A stretch of 64,000 nucleotides of DNA, taken from sequence record PP047754. One strand, given 5' to 3'. Below, one piece after another: positions 1 to 10,730 of this stretch; the stretch's first letter is position 1; each line of letters starts with the position of its first letter. A program made the translations under genes and the position numbers. This stretch comes from Escherichia phage KEP4. The notes beneath the pieces are model-generated. The model worked only from the letters and a program-made list of their open reading frames with translations, was not told the origin of the DNA and searched no databases.

Positions 1-101
1 TGCGCCGAAGTGGGCAACTGTTTACCGGACTGATCGGGTAGACCCAGGAGAGAGCAGGTAATCCCGATCAGGAGGATGAGGAGTAACATCATGTAAAACA
101 T
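1..101 (-). CDS. hypothetical protein, N-terminal fragment (hydrophobic N-terminus MFYMMLLLILLIG); gene runs off the window start
   Basis: minus-strand ATG at 101 with GAGGG 6 nt upstream; open frame to position 1; too short to judge. Confidence 0.3.
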   Translation of the reverse strand, partial: MFYMMLLLILLIGITCSLLGLPDQSGKQLPTSA

Positions 102-158
102 AGTGTTCCCTCCCTTCCATGCAACTAACTTTACTACAATTATTTATTGAATAAAGCG

Positions 159-728
159 TTATTTTAACACTTCTAACTTCACAACACGACGCAGAAGGTA
201 AACATATTCGCCAGCAGCTTCATGCGTCATATAATGGGTAGAAGGTGTGGAATGATTGTTCTGGGTTTCTTTTAATCCAACACGTTCTGCCCAACCATTA
301 ATAGAGTTCCCATAGAAACCGATAATCGCGCCAAAATAAATGCGCTGGCTTTCTGGCTCTAAAACATAGTTGACAGTGAAGCAAATATCAGAACGAATAG
401 ACTCCAGTTTCATACCAACACGACCTTCGGAGAATTCGTTACGAACATATAAATGACGGAAACGATCGCGCCGCGCTTGTGATGATTCTTCCAATTCTTG
501 TCGGAGTGAAGAAGTTACGTCAATATTAAATGAAAATGTTGGATTCTGTAAATCGGAACGGGCCAACTCTAACGCAGATTCAACAACGCGACGGAAATTG
601 ATACTTTTACCTGTCAGGCGTTTCACTTCATCTGTGATTGTTCCAAAAGGGATTTTCGTGGCGCGTTCCCCTTCGTATTTTGCCAATAAAGGAATAATGT
701 GTTTCATGATTGCTGTGTTAATGTGCAT
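159..728 (-). CDS. hypothetical protein (189 aa)
   Basis: 569-nt minus-strand ORF; GAGG SD 9 nt upstream of ATG at 728; no recognisable motif. Confidence 0.55.
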   Translation of the reverse strand: MHINTAIMKHIIPLLAKYEGERATKIPFGTITDEVKRLTGKSINFRRVVESALELARSDLQNPTFSFNIDVTSSLRQELEESSQARRDRFRHLYVRNEFSEGRVGMKLESIRSDICFTVNYVLEPESQRIYFGAIIGFYGNSINGWAERVGLKETQNNHSTPSTHYMTHEAAGEYVYLLRRVVKLEVLK

Positions 729-1044
729 TCCGGAGCCTCACCGAATTGATTAAATGTCTCCATTATTATATTGGAGATACGTTTATTGAATATAAACACA
801 GGAATGGCCAATAAAATAATGACAGTGATTATTAATAGGTAAAAACTACTTTTCTACAACATCAAGAAACTGTATCTTAACGCGGTGCCCTTCGAGTTGT
901 GAGTGTTAACGAACAACGAGAAGCAGCCTCCATGGCTGTGGAATGGGACTGCCTGTCAAGGCGGTGTTACGAGCGAGGGCGTCAGCCCCCTCGCGAGTAT
1001 ATTCGAATAAATTAAACGCGCGCGAGCGTTTTGATTCCCGTTGG

Positions 1045-1051
1045 CTAAATA
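1045..1051 (+). promoter_or_regulatory. late-promoter-like box CTAAATA
   Basis: CTAAATA about 40 nt upstream of the baseplate gene start; analogue of the T4 late promoter TATAAATA. Confidence 0.4.
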
Positions 1052-1091
1052 TCTTCAACACCATATTCAAACTCAGGTGATGGAGATTATC

Positions 1092-2873
1092 ATGGCCACG
1101 CAAACAGTTCCTTCACTCGACGTCAGAGCATTTGAATACATTATTAAACAGCGAATGAAAGCTGATCCCACCTTTAAAGATTATGACTTTGAAGGTTCTG
1201 GTCTTAGTGCGATTATTCGTTTGTTGGCATCTGACGCGAACGCCATAGCCTTTATGCAAAACATGCTTAATGGTGAAGGCCATTTGAAGACAGCAAATCA
1301 ACGTTCAAACGTCGGTTTATCTGCTGCATTTCTTTCCTACACGCCTGACAACTATCGGGCAGCATACATGTATGTCAACATCAAAGTTACGCCTTATGAC
1401 GCCAGCACAGCCCCCAATGAGATCATCATGGATCGGCGCGTAATGTTCGTTGGGGCAAAAGACGGCAGTTCCTACAACTTTACTGTTGAGAAACCAGTGT
1501 CGGCAACGTTGACTGCAGACGGTTATTACATGTTCAACAATGTAAAGTTGATACAGGGGAATTGGTTGTACAAGACATATGATGTTGAAGGAAGCGCGAT
1601 TTCAACATATACGATTCCTTCTGGGAATGTCGATATCAATCATATGGTCGTGCAAGTACAAGAATCAGAGTCTTCCGACGTTTCGACGACATATCAACGT
1701 TACAACAGTCCATTTGATCTGAGCCAATATGCCTACCTGTATTTCGTAGAATTGGGTATTGATGGTCTGTATGTGTTTGAATTCGGAGATGGTTATCTTT
1801 CGCGTCGAGTAGAAGATGGGAACGTCATATTCCTTCAATACTTAGAAACTTCTGGTGCTGATGGGAATGATATCACAAGCCTGTCATCAGCGTCATCCAT
1901 AGGCGGGTTTAACCAGGTCGATGTAGAATTGGTTTCCGAACGTAGCGCAGGTGGAGACGATCCGGAATCTATTGAGGACACTAAACGGTTGGCTCCTTTA
2001 GCTTATCAGGCTGATGGTGCTGCGGTTACAGAAACAGATTATGGTGTATTGACTGAAAGGTTATTCTCCAACGTCTCCCGAGCTAAATCATATGGTGGTG
2101 ACACGCTGTCTCCTCCTGATTCTGGCTATGTTTACATCGCTGTTATACCTTCTGTTGGTGAGACACTTTCGGACGCTGAGAAGGCCGATATCGTTGCTGC
2201 TCTGGACAAGTATAATGTGGGATCTATTACCCCCAAAGTGGTAGACTCCGAGATCACATATATCCAAGTCTCAACGACTATATTTTGGGATCCGACTTCT
2301 ACAGTCTACGTTGAAGAACAGATGAAAGTTGTTGTTGGAAACAGTATCGTTAAATGGGGTGAAAATAATCTCGGCGGATTTGACCAATTGTTTGACAAAG
2401 AAATATTGCAGGAAGCAATTACAAAAATGGAGCGTTCTATTAACTCGAATATTACTTCGGTTGGTTATAAACGCCATTTCAAACCCGATTATGGAGTCTT
2501 AGACAGTTTTACATTCAGTTATGGAAGAAGTATCAAACCTGGTTCTGTGAAAATAACGGGGTTCAAACCGCTTCCTGCCGAGGTGGATTTCACTTACTAC
2601 ATGCGCGACAATAATGGCGATTTGAACATGTATAAAGTGAATAACAATGACACGACAAAAGAGTTTTTAGTTCAAAAAACAGGGGTTGTAGATTATGCAA
2701 ATGGGGTTGTAGACCTTCAACAGATCACAGTCTCCAACTATAACCCTGAAGGGGTGACCATAGTCGTGTTACCGGATGGACTGAACCAGAACATACAGGC
2801 TACACAAAACCAAGTATTCAAGATTGGTGATGTGGTTGTTACGCCAGAGGTGCGCTATGTCCAAAGATCTTAA
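1092..2873 (+). CDS. baseplate wedge protein (T4 gp6-like), tentative
   Basis: 593-aa ORF; track start 1041 is TTG, ATG at 1092 has GGAG 6 nt upstream; position at head of the baseplate/tailspike block; product by synteny and size only. Confidence 0.5.
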   Translation: MATQTVPSLDVRAFEYIIKQRMKADPTFKDYDFEGSGLSAIIRLLASDANAIAFMQNMLNGEGHLKTANQRSNVGLSAAFLSYTPDNYRAAYMYVNIKVTPYDASTAPNEIIMDRRVMFVGAKDGSSYNFTVEKPVSATLTADGYYMFNNVKLIQGNWLYKTYDVEGSAISTYTIPSGNVDINHMVVQVQESESSDVSTTYQRYNSPFDLSQYAYLYFVELGIDGLYVFEFGDGYLSRRVEDGNVIFLQYLETSGADGNDITSLSSASSIGGFNQVDVELVSERSAGGDDPESIEDTKRLAPLAYQADGAAVTETDYGVLTERLFSNVSRAKSYGGDTLSPPDSGYVYIAVIPSVGETLSDAEKADIVAALDKYNVGSITPKVVDSEITYIQVSTTIFWDPTSTVYVEEQMKVVVGNSIVKWGENNLGGFDQLFDKEILQEAITKMERSINSNITSVGYKRHFKPDYGVLDSFTFSYGRSIKPGSVKITGFKPLPAEVDFTYYMRDNNGDLNMYKVNNNDTTKEFLVQKTGVVDYANGVVDLQQITVSNYNPEGVTIVVLPDGLNQNIQATQNQVFKIGDVVVTPEVRYVQRS

Positions 2874-3711
2874 TAATGGACACAACGGGGTTAAGTATGA
2901 AACTCCGTTGTTCTACCAGAATGATTTCCCTCTGTTCATAGAATTTATGGACACGTTTTTCAATTGGCTGTATAGACAGCAGGGGTTCACTCAAGAAGAG
3001 ATCTTGGCATATCTGGCAGATACGTCTAGTTGGATGAATCCCGAGAGTGAAGATTCTCCGGTTAAACAGCTGATTGATTTAAAGGCTGACAAGACTCCAG
3101 GCTCAGAGGCCAAGGATTATTTGTCTGATAAATTCTTGGTTCGTACCTTTGAGAACATGATGGCTCTGGATGCCGAAGAACTTTTAGATGCCGACGGAAG
3201 GCCGCTATTGTCAATAGAAGATAAGAACAAACAGATAGATGACTGGTATAATGATTTTGGTTTCCAACGAACTGTTGATAAATCATTTCAGGAATTTGGT
3301 CATTTTATCCCAGTTGGTTCGGATTCTTTGCTGACGGCAACGGGAGACAGGTTCTCAGTTTACATTGAAGGAACGAAACGGAGAACGCTAGATCATCCAC
3401 GTTGGTTGAAACTGTTAAAACATATCTATAAAATCCGCGGAACCAAGAAAGCAATTGAATTGTTCTTTTGGATATATTTTGGTTGTCCAGTCAGTGTCTA
3501 TTTCCCAAAAGAGGAAATAGGCGGTCTGGATGGCAATTTTGAATGTGACGGTATGACAGGGATGCGTGATGACTATTATTATGATGAGTACACTTACGTG
3601 ATAAGAGTCCCAGGCGACGTATCTGATTTCGAAGGCGTATTTGAACGTGTCTTCCGTCAGCATTTCCATCCTGCTGGGTTTACTGTATTCCTAGAAAGTT
3701 CAAGGAGCTAA
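2857..3711 (+). CDS. putative baseplate/tail structural protein (284 aa)
   Basis: ATG at 2857 with GAGG 7 nt upstream, overlaps upstream gene by 17 nt; no motif recognised. Confidence 0.5.
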   Translation: MSKDLNNGHNGVKYETPLFYQNDFPLFIEFMDTFFNWLYRQQGFTQEEILAYLADTSSWMNPESEDSPVKQLIDLKADKTPGSEAKDYLSDKFLVRTFENMMALDAEELLDADGRPLLSIEDKNKQIDDWYNDFGFQRTVDKSFQEFGHFIPVGSDSLLTATGDRFSVYIEGTKRRTLDHPRWLKLLKHIYKIRGTKKAIELFFWIYFGCPVSVYFPKEEIGGLDGNFECDGMTGMRDDYYYDEYTYVIRVPGDVSDFEGVFERVFRQHFHPAGFTVFLESSRS

Positions 3712-3713
3712 AA

Positions 3714-4904
3714 ATGGCCGATTTCCTGAGTCAATATACAGGTCAGCAGATAGATCAGATATTGGGTTCTGTTGACGACAAAGTAAGTAAAAATGACGTT
3801 ATTAACGATTTTGAAGTTAACGACCCATTGTTTCCACCATCTGCTCGCCTGACATATGAGTTGAAAAGATCTGTTGACACAATCAATGATACTCTGGCCA
3901 ACAAAGTTATTCGTACAGATAGTGGTGAACAAACAATCAATGGCAAAAAGACTTTCAATGCGTTGTTGGTGACCAATGGGGGCATACAAGTCCCCGCCGG
4001 AAAATCCGTTTCAATCACAGATGAACCAACGAACTCGACAGATGGTGTTAACCTGAGCATGTTGAGAAAGCATGGCGTCAGTGAAGACACTACCCCGCCT
4101 GGTTCTGGTTTGGCTGGGGAGTTGTTGACATCCGGATATTACAAATTCAATTTGGATTTCACCAGATTGTCTGCGTATACCGGACCAACGTTGCCGACTT
4201 CAGTTCCTGTACAGACAGATTCTGGAGCGCGTTATTGGACAATGACTGCATTTTTTGATGCGTTGTTTGCAGACAACCGATTTAATGGATATGTGACAAC
4301 GACAGCGTATGACGCAGATATGCTGAGTCTAGAGTCTCAAATTAATAACATCAACACGTCGTTGAACGGGAAAGTCAACACCTCGACTTACAACACTAAG
4401 ATGGCGTCGTTGGATTTGAGTATCTCCAATATCAACACGTCTCTGGGTAATAAAGTCGAGGTCAGCACATATAATACGAAGATGACTTCCTTGGACGGCA
4501 GTATCAGTTCTCTCACGACTGGTAAGGTCGATGTATCAACGTATAATGCCAAAATGACCACAATTGATAACAGTTTAGGGAACGCAGTTTATCGCACAAA
4601 AACAAACTTGTCGTCATACACGGTTTCGGCTTCGGGAACGACGGCTCTTCCAGATTTTGATTTGGTGAACCTTTGTCAAATACTGGTAACTGCGCAATGG
4701 GGGACAGGTAACGTTGTTGACACATATCGAGTAACCATAACTCGTGACGGAACGATCAAATCAGAGTTGTTGGTTCAGAAAAGTACGAGTGGTACAGTGA
4801 CGTTCACAGGGTCTGTGGTGGGCGGTAAATTGAGAATTTCCGTTGTTAATGCGAATACAACAACTGCTTGTTCTGTCGATTATTCTATTGCAGCTTCTTT
4901 CTAA
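3714..4904 (+). CDS. tail fibre-like protein with tandem 27-aa repeats
   Basis: 396 aa; N-terminal KVIRTDSGEQTINGKKTFN fibre-type motif; central repeats NINTSLNGKV-TSTYNTKM-SLD. Confidence 0.6.
   Translation: MADFLSQYTGQQIDQILGSVDDKVSKNDVINDFEVNDPLFPPSARLTYELKRSVDTINDTLANKVIRTDSGEQTINGKKTFNALLVTNGGIQVPAGKSVSITDEPTNSTDGVNLSMLRKHGVSEDTTPPGSGLAGELLTSGYYKFNLDFTRLSAYTGPTLPTSVPVQTDSGARYWTMTAFFDALFADNRFNGYVTTTAYDADMLSLESQINNINTSLNGKVNTSTYNTKMASLDLSISNINTSLGNKVEVSTYNTKMTSLDGSISSLTTGKVDVSTYNAKMTTIDNSLGNAVYRTKTNLSSYTVSASGTTALPDFDLVNLCQILVTAQWGTGNVVDTYRVTITRDGTIKSELLVQKSTSGTVTFTGSVVGGKLRISVVNANTTTACSVDYSIAASF
4347..4580 (+). repeat. two full and one partial 81-bp in-frame tandem repeats inside the fibre gene
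   Basis: units start at 4347 and 4428 (aacatcaacacgtc / aatatcaacacgtc); third unit degenerate. Confidence 0.6.
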
Positions 4905-4909
4905 AACTA

Positions 4910-4946
4910 AATACCCCTAGATGACATGAATACATTTAGGGGTATT
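4910..4946 (+). promoter_or_regulatory. hairpin fused to late-promoter box (CTAAATACCCC at 4907-4917); 10-bp stem aataccccta/taggggtatt
   Basis: perfect inverted repeat 4910-4919 / 4937-4946; right-arm GGGG lies 8 nt before ATG 4951. Confidence 0.6.
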
Positions 4947-4950
4947 ACAA

Positions 4951-7900
4951 ATGGCCAACAAACCAACACAGCCTCTTTTCCCTTTGGGTTTAGAAACTTC
5001 TGAGTCTTCGAACATAAAAGGCTTCAACAACTCCGGCACTATTGAGCATTCCCCTGGTGCCGTAATGACATTTCCTGAAGATACTGAAGTTACAGGTCTT
5101 CCATCTTCTGTGCGTTACAATCCTGATAGTGATGAATTTGAAGGTTATTACGAAAACGGTGGTTGGTTGTCTTTGGGTGGCGGCGGAATACGCTGGGAAA
5201 CGCTCCCTTACGCTCCCTCTAGCAATTTGTTAGAAGGTCGCGGCTATCTCATTAATAATACGACAGGGACTTCTACAGTGGTTCTCCCTTCCCCTACGCG
5301 CGTTGGTGATTCAGTTACAATTTGTGATGCCTATGGGAAATTCGCGACGTATCCATTGACTGTATCTCCAGCGGGAAATAACCTGTACGGCTCCACCGAA
5401 GATATGACGATATCCACCGATAACGTGTCGGCGACTTTCACTTGGTCTGGTGCCGAGCAGGGTTGGGTTGTTACATCTGGTGTTGGCCTCGGCCAAGGTC
5501 GTGTGTACAGTCGTGAGATTTTCACTCAAATTTTAGCATCTGAAACAAGTGCTGTCACTCTCAATACTCCACCAACAATCGTGGACGTGTATGCTGACGG
5601 AAAACGTCTTGCGGAATCCAAATATTCACTAGATGGGAATGTAATCACTTTCGACCCTTCTTTACCTGCCAGCACTGAATTGCAGGTAATAGAATATACT
5701 CCGATTCAGTTGGGCACTGGCGGCGGGGGTTCGGGCGCTTCTGCAATCACCTGGATTTACAATGGCGGATCCGCTATTGGTGGCGAAACCGAAATAACGC
5801 TAGATATCGTTGTAGATGATGTTCCGGCTATTGATATAAACGGGTCTCGTCAGTACAAAAATCTTGGATTCACGTTCGACCCATTGACGAGTAAAATCAC
5901 TCTGACGCAAGAACTGGAACCAGAAGATGAAGTTGTTGTGGTTATAAATGGGACACCAAACATTTATAACCAAATCGATCGTTCTTTACAGGAAGTTGCT
6001 CGCGCCTACAATTTTACAAATGCTCAAGTTATTTTGAGCAACGATTATACTTCTGTTCTGGATAATAAAGTCGTTATTTATGATACGACATCCCAACGTT
6101 CTTGGGGGATTCCATCTGGAATCCCAGCAGGTTCTACAGTGGTTTCCGTCAATGGGGATCAACTGAAGTACAAAAATGGATCAACTGAAACCACTGTTAC
6201 ATTGGTGAGTGTACCAGGTAGTGCAGAGAAATTGAAGAACGATCTGGCTTCAAACTCTGGTTCAGGTATGTTGAAAACTTCTAGAGGTGATACCGTAGAA
6301 GAAGAATTGACTTTCATTAATCAGAATATGGTCGTTCAAATTTCAGATTTCGCGAGTCTTAGAACTTTAGTGCCAGCCACAGCGGGTATCCGAGTCAAAT
6401 TGAAAGGTTATTATTCTGGTTCTGAAATCGGTGGCGGAGAATTCATTTCTGTCGCTGGAGATGCTGTTGATGATGCTGGGATGATTGCTCGAGTGTCAAG
6501 CAGCTTCTATTGGAAGAGAATTATCGACAAACACATTACTCCTGGCATGTATGGCATCAAAGGGAATCTTCCAGAAGATCCGGCAGTGAAACTGAACGCT
6601 ATGTTTACGGCTGCGGCTGCGGCTAACGCTTATGTCTTACTGAACGATGTCGACACTCTGGTCTGTAAAAGCCCTGTCGTGATTCCAGCACATTCATTAG
6701 TGTACGGCAACAAACGAACTATACTGAAACGTGATGCATCGTTGTCATATGCTAATGATTTCTTGACAATTATGAATGATTCATATGTCAAGGGGATCTA
6801 TGTTGATGGTAGCCGTTTAGATTCTCAGACTCCTCTAGAAGCAGTTTTGGTGCGTATCGCTGGGAATGTAACTATCCATAAGAGTGAGATCCGAAACAAT
6901 GCTGGCTATGGCGTTGTTGGTAACGCAGTCCCTGGTATTCGTATCACCAAGAACATTTTTTCCAACTTCGCCAAAGGTTGTGTAGCCATGTTTGGCGACG
7001 GAACAGCGACGAGTGATGATCTGCAAATTAATGATAACAGATTCTTTAACCTGGGCGCGGGAACCATTTATGTTGGCGGTTACTCAAACTTCCTTGTCGA
7101 CAAAAACGTCGGAAGAGGCACTTACGTGGGTTCTCCAGGAAACCGTCTGTATGTTGTGACCAATACTAACGGGACTATCACCCAAAGCGCTGGGCCAGAT
7201 TTTGGGCCATTGAAAACGGGTATGTTCTTTGTATTGCCTGGTGGTTCTGAACATATGATAACGGCGGTCAACAGCCTTACCAGTGTGACAGTAACCCCAC
7301 CACCGCCGTCGAACGCCACAGTTCGTGCAATCGCAGGGACAGGGGATCTTCTGGGCATCCAATCATGCTCCTACGGCACCATCAGCCGTAACAACCTGAC
7401 CGATTGCGTGACTTACGGAACTGGTGGAGGCACGATGGAGGGGAGCACTCTGGGTTGCAATTATGTCACTTGGGAAGACAACTTCATCCGCAACACAGGT
7501 AAGAACGGAATCAACGTCGGGCAATCAGGCGCTGGGGTTGCCACGTGTTCTATCCTGAGGAACACTCTGATACAGGTTGGTAACGGCGGTCAGGGTGTTG
7601 GCCCAGCGTATCTTCTGCCTTGGTTCGATACGCTAGGTATCGCTCTGTATCAGGGAAACCCAGGTTATATGGCGAATATGGACGTCAGTGATAACAACGT
7701 CTCTACATGGTCTGGCGATCTGAATGACGGCGCTGCTTGGTTTGGTATGAGCGGTTGTACGGAAGCCACTGTGACTTGTACAGGCAACAAATCTTCTGGT
7801 TATTCCGACGGCTATGTTCGTGGAGATATATTAGAAGTCACGTTGACAGGTTATGGTACAGGGGCGGCTGCGACTTCATTCGTTAGTGATGGTGAGTCTA

Positions 7901-8124
7901 TACAGATAACCGTTCAAACAGGTACTTCACCAACAGCTTCACCTTATTTTTCAGTGCGGAAGGCGATCCGCACCCGCCATCAACCGATGATAACGGCGCA
8001 GATCGTCACCACAACTGGGAACATGTCTCATTGTTGGGGTATGCAATCTAGTACAGCAGGAAACTGGATGGTGGGTCAGAATACAACTCCTTCGGGGCTT
8101 ACGACATATTACGCAAAAGGGTAA
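4951..8124 (+). CDS. tailspike protein, long form (1057 aa) with N-terminal attachment domains and a C-terminal beta-helix-like region
   Basis: shares an internal module with ORF 10771 (SLQEVARAYNF...VVIYDTTSQRSWGIPSGIP vs SIQEIARSANV...VVYDVAAQTSYGLPTIP); Gly/Asn-rich periodic C-terminus. Confidence 0.7.
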   Translation: MANKPTQPLFPLGLETSESSNIKGFNNSGTIEHSPGAVMTFPEDTEVTGLPSSVRYNPDSDEFEGYYENGGWLSLGGGGIRWETLPYAPSSNLLEGRGYLINNTTGTSTVVLPSPTRVGDSVTICDAYGKFATYPLTVSPAGNNLYGSTEDMTISTDNVSATFTWSGAEQGWVVTSGVGLGQGRVYSREIFTQILASETSAVTLNTPPTIVDVYADGKRLAESKYSLDGNVITFDPSLPASTELQVIEYTPIQLGTGGGGSGASAITWIYNGGSAIGGETEITLDIVVDDVPAIDINGSRQYKNLGFTFDPLTSKITLTQELEPEDEVVVVINGTPNIYNQIDRSLQEVARAYNFTNAQVILSNDYTSVLDNKVVIYDTTSQRSWGIPSGIPAGSTVVSVNGDQLKYKNGSTETTVTLVSVPGSAEKLKNDLASNSGSGMLKTSRGDTVEEELTFINQNMVVQISDFASLRTLVPATAGIRVKLKGYYSGSEIGGGEFISVAGDAVDDAGMIARVSSSFYWKRIIDKHITPGMYGIKGNLPEDPAVKLNAMFTAAAAANAYVLLNDVDTLVCKSPVVIPAHSLVYGNKRTILKRDASLSYANDFLTIMNDSYVKGIYVDGSRLDSQTPLEAVLVRIAGNVTIHKSEIRNNAGYGVVGNAVPGIRITKNIFSNFAKGCVAMFGDGTATSDDLQINDNRFFNLGAGTIYVGGYSNFLVDKNVGRGTYVGSPGNRLYVVTNTNGTITQSAGPDFGPLKTGMFFVLPGGSEHMITAVNSLTSVTVTPPPPSNATVRAIAGTGDLLGIQSCSYGTISRNNLTDCVTYGTGGGTMEGSTLGCNYVTWEDNFIRNTGKNGINVGQSGAGVATCSILRNTLIQVGNGGQGVGPAYLLPWFDTLGIALYQGNPGYMANMDVSDNNVSTWSGDLNDGAAWFGMSGCTEATVTCTGNKSSGYSDGYVRGDILEVTLTGYGTGAAATSFVSDGESIQITVQTGTSPTASPYFSVRKAIRTRHQPMITAQIVTTTGNMSHCWGMQSSTAGNWMVGQNTTPSGLTTYYAKG

Positions 8125-8137
8125 TATTGAATGCCTA

Positions 8138-8171
8138 AATACCCCATATTGGTCATCCTTTATGGGGTATT
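8138..8171 (+). promoter_or_regulatory. hairpin fused to late-promoter box (CTAAATA 8135-8141); 11-bp stem aataccccata/tatggggtatt
   Basis: perfect inverted repeat 8138-8148 / 8161-8171; GGGG 7 nt before ATG 8175; near-identical copy at 10726-10765. Confidence 0.65.
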
Positions 8172-8174
8172 ATC

Positions 8175-10715
8175 ATGATTTCTCAATTCAATCAACCACG
8201 CGGTTCCACTTCCATAGAAGTTAACAAACAATCTATCGCTCGAAATTTCGGTGTCAAAGAAGACGAAGTCGTTTATTTCACTGTCGGTATTGACCTCAGT
8301 GGATTTAAAGTAATTTATGATGAGTCTACCCAACGGGCTTATTCTCTCCCTTCCGGTATTGTTTCAGGGACAACTGCAATTAGTCTGGATGAAAGAGCTA
8401 TCCTCACTCATTCTTCTGGCTCTGTTGACCTTGGGGAATTAGCAGTAAGCCGCGAAGAATATGTGACTTTACCTGGTTCTTTTAATTTCGGCCATACCAT
8501 TAATGTGAAAAATGAACTTCTTGTTCACGATGATGAAAAATATCGATGGGATGGTTCTTTGCCAAAGGTAGTTGCCGCTGGTTCTACACCCGATAACTCA
8601 GGCGGTGTTGGCACAGGCGCGTGGATACCTGTTGGCATTAATTCTTTGTCTGGCGATGGTGGTTGGTCGCGTATCGGATCAGAATTTGGTAAATCTTTGA
8701 AAGAACATATTCAAAGTCTTCCCAGCTTGTCTGCTGTCAAATATATGACATTTGTTGAATACGCAGCCCTTTTGGCAGGAAACGACACGGTCAATCATGA
8801 CGTTAAAGTTCAGCAAGTTATGGATGAAGCGCATGAATTGAAATGCTCTGTTTATTTTCCAACAGGGCGTTATGTATTTGACACTGCAGTCAACGTTTGG
8901 ACATACGTTCGCGCTGTTTGGGGAGACGGTTCGGCCATTATCACCAGACGTTACGGAAGTCAGTTTAGTTCCCCTGGGGTGATAGATCCGGCGCATGATA
9001 CGCGTAAATTATTCCGAATGATGGGCGGAGCGTTGGGACCGCAGTCTATTCATGGTCTTATTATTGATGGTAATGCGCGTTCATTTACAGTCCCAAAACA
9101 TACTGATTCGGATCAAACTTATCCCAACCAAACTTATTATGGCGATGTTGAACCAGTCGATGTTGGCCCATATGTATTTGGACCGGAAGGAAATACTTCT
9201 GTTCCTGGCGCTTCTTACTATAACCATGATAAGAAAGAATCCGGTCTGACCGTTTTCGATATGGTGTTTAAAGATCAACCTGGTGGTGGTGTCGTAGGTA
9301 ATGGCCAAAACGTCCGTGTGTTTGGAAATCACTTTATGGGTTGGTATGACCATGCTGTGTATATCGCCGGAAGTAACTTTGCCTCGGAAGGAGACGGAAT
9401 TTTGTGTAGTGATATTGTTGTCACTGGTAACGTATTCCGAAATCGTATTAACAATCGAGGCAATGGAGCAGTCAAAGCACGATTTGGTGTTAATCGTTAC
9501 GCAGTTACAGGCAACTCCTTTGATATAGTTGACTATTGCATGGCATTTGAGATGGGTAATGGACCAGCGACTCAACCATTTGGCCAAATTGTTGTGGACG
9601 GCAACGTGTGCACTTCAGATGGTATGTTTATGCAAATCGGGAATGATATTGGGACTGAGTGGTTCTCGACCAATTGGCTCAAATCAATGACTATTACGAA
9701 TAACACAGCACGGTCGTTGGATCGCATTTTCTTGTTAGGGGTTAGCGGATCTTCCAGTTATATTATGGATGGGTTTTCTGTACAAGTGGCCAATAACCGA
9801 TTTTATGCGCCGTCATTTTTGTCCGTGTACACATTCATGACGAATACGGAATGGATGTTGAATAACAATATCGTGGAGATCACAGGAACTGCTATGATCA
9901 CAGGAGTTGATCAATCGAACATCAACAATTCACGGATATATCTTAAAGATAATGTTTTAGGAGTTCTCCGGACTGATGTTCAAGGTTATGCTGCAGTCAG
10001 TAATTTTCAACAAGTTGAAATTTCTAATAATACATTGCGTAATTTGTATTTCCAAATAGGAAGTTATACCACAGATCTGTTTATTAAAGGAAATACTGTT
10101 AACTACACATCTGCATTATCCAGTAAAAACTTGGCGCTCATGTATTCAAGTGCTGGGAATGGTTTGATAACAGCCGATATCAGTGATAATAAGTTTTTCG
10201 GTGGAGTTGGTCGTTGCCAACTTAAATTCAGTAGCAGCGCTTCTCTGGATTGTATTAACAACAAATTCTTTACAACTTCGGCACCGTTTTTGGAATTGCA
10301 TCCGGCTGGTTATACTCCACGTGTCGTTCGTATAAAGGACAATTTAATGCGTGGTGCAGGCGTATTGCTGGCTCCTCTTGCTTCTGGTGTTTCTTTGTCC
10401 GGTGCTGGGAATTATATGGTAATTTCGGGAAACACGTTGATGGCTAATAACCCATCTGCGCCTGAAAATATAACTTTGTATCAGGACACAGGTGCGCAGA
10501 GTTGGGTGGCCCATTATGAAACTATCAGATGTGTTCGAAATGATTTCAAATCTGCGCTGTTGGCGATTAATGCAACAGGGACAGCACAATCTGGTTTGAG
10601 TACTACCAATAAATTCTGGTTCGGGGATAACGCGACGATTAATACCACGGTTGTTTGTACTTATCCTGCTGGCAACAAAGCCAACACCGACATCACCCAG
10701 ACAGTTTCAGTTTAA
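8175..10715 (+). CDS. tailspike protein (846 aa), parallel beta-helix type
   Basis: N-terminal ~150 aa paralogous to ORF 13591; middle region has pectate-lyase-like repeats (GNGQNVRVFGNHF, VTGNVFRN, VTGNSFD). Confidence 0.7.
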   Translation: MISQFNQPRGSTSIEVNKQSIARNFGVKEDEVVYFTVGIDLSGFKVIYDESTQRAYSLPSGIVSGTTAISLDERAILTHSSGSVDLGELAVSREEYVTLPGSFNFGHTINVKNELLVHDDEKYRWDGSLPKVVAAGSTPDNSGGVGTGAWIPVGINSLSGDGGWSRIGSEFGKSLKEHIQSLPSLSAVKYMTFVEYAALLAGNDTVNHDVKVQQVMDEAHELKCSVYFPTGRYVFDTAVNVWTYVRAVWGDGSAIITRRYGSQFSSPGVIDPAHDTRKLFRMMGGALGPQSIHGLIIDGNARSFTVPKHTDSDQTYPNQTYYGDVEPVDVGPYVFGPEGNTSVPGASYYNHDKKESGLTVFDMVFKDQPGGGVVGNGQNVRVFGNHFMGWYDHAVYIAGSNFASEGDGILCSDIVVTGNVFRNRINNRGNGAVKARFGVNRYAVTGNSFDIVDYCMAFEMGNGPATQPFGQIVVDGNVCTSDGMFMQIGNDIGTEWFSTNWLKSMTITNNTARSLDRIFLLGVSGSSSYIMDGFSVQVANNRFYAPSFLSVYTFMTNTEWMLNNNIVEITGTAMITGVDQSNINNSRIYLKDNVLGVLRTDVQGYAAVSNFQQVEISNNTLRNLYFQIGSYTTDLFIKGNTVNYTSALSSKNLALMYSSAGNGLITADISDNKFFGGVGRCQLKFSSSASLDCINNKFFTTSAPFLELHPAGYTPRVVRIKDNLMRGAGVLLAPLASGVSLSGAGNYMVISGNTLMANNPSAPENITLYQDTGAQSWVAHYETIRCVRNDFKSALLAINATGTAQSGLSTTNKFWFGDNATINTTVVCTYPAGNKANTDITQTVSV

Positions 10716-10730
10716 ATTGAATTGAGCCTA

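Noticed and set aside
906-1103. 65-aa minus-strand ORF in the 729-1091 leader
   Set aside because: Overlaps the promoter and SD region of the baseplate gene and the GC-rich hairpin; no SD; likely spurious.
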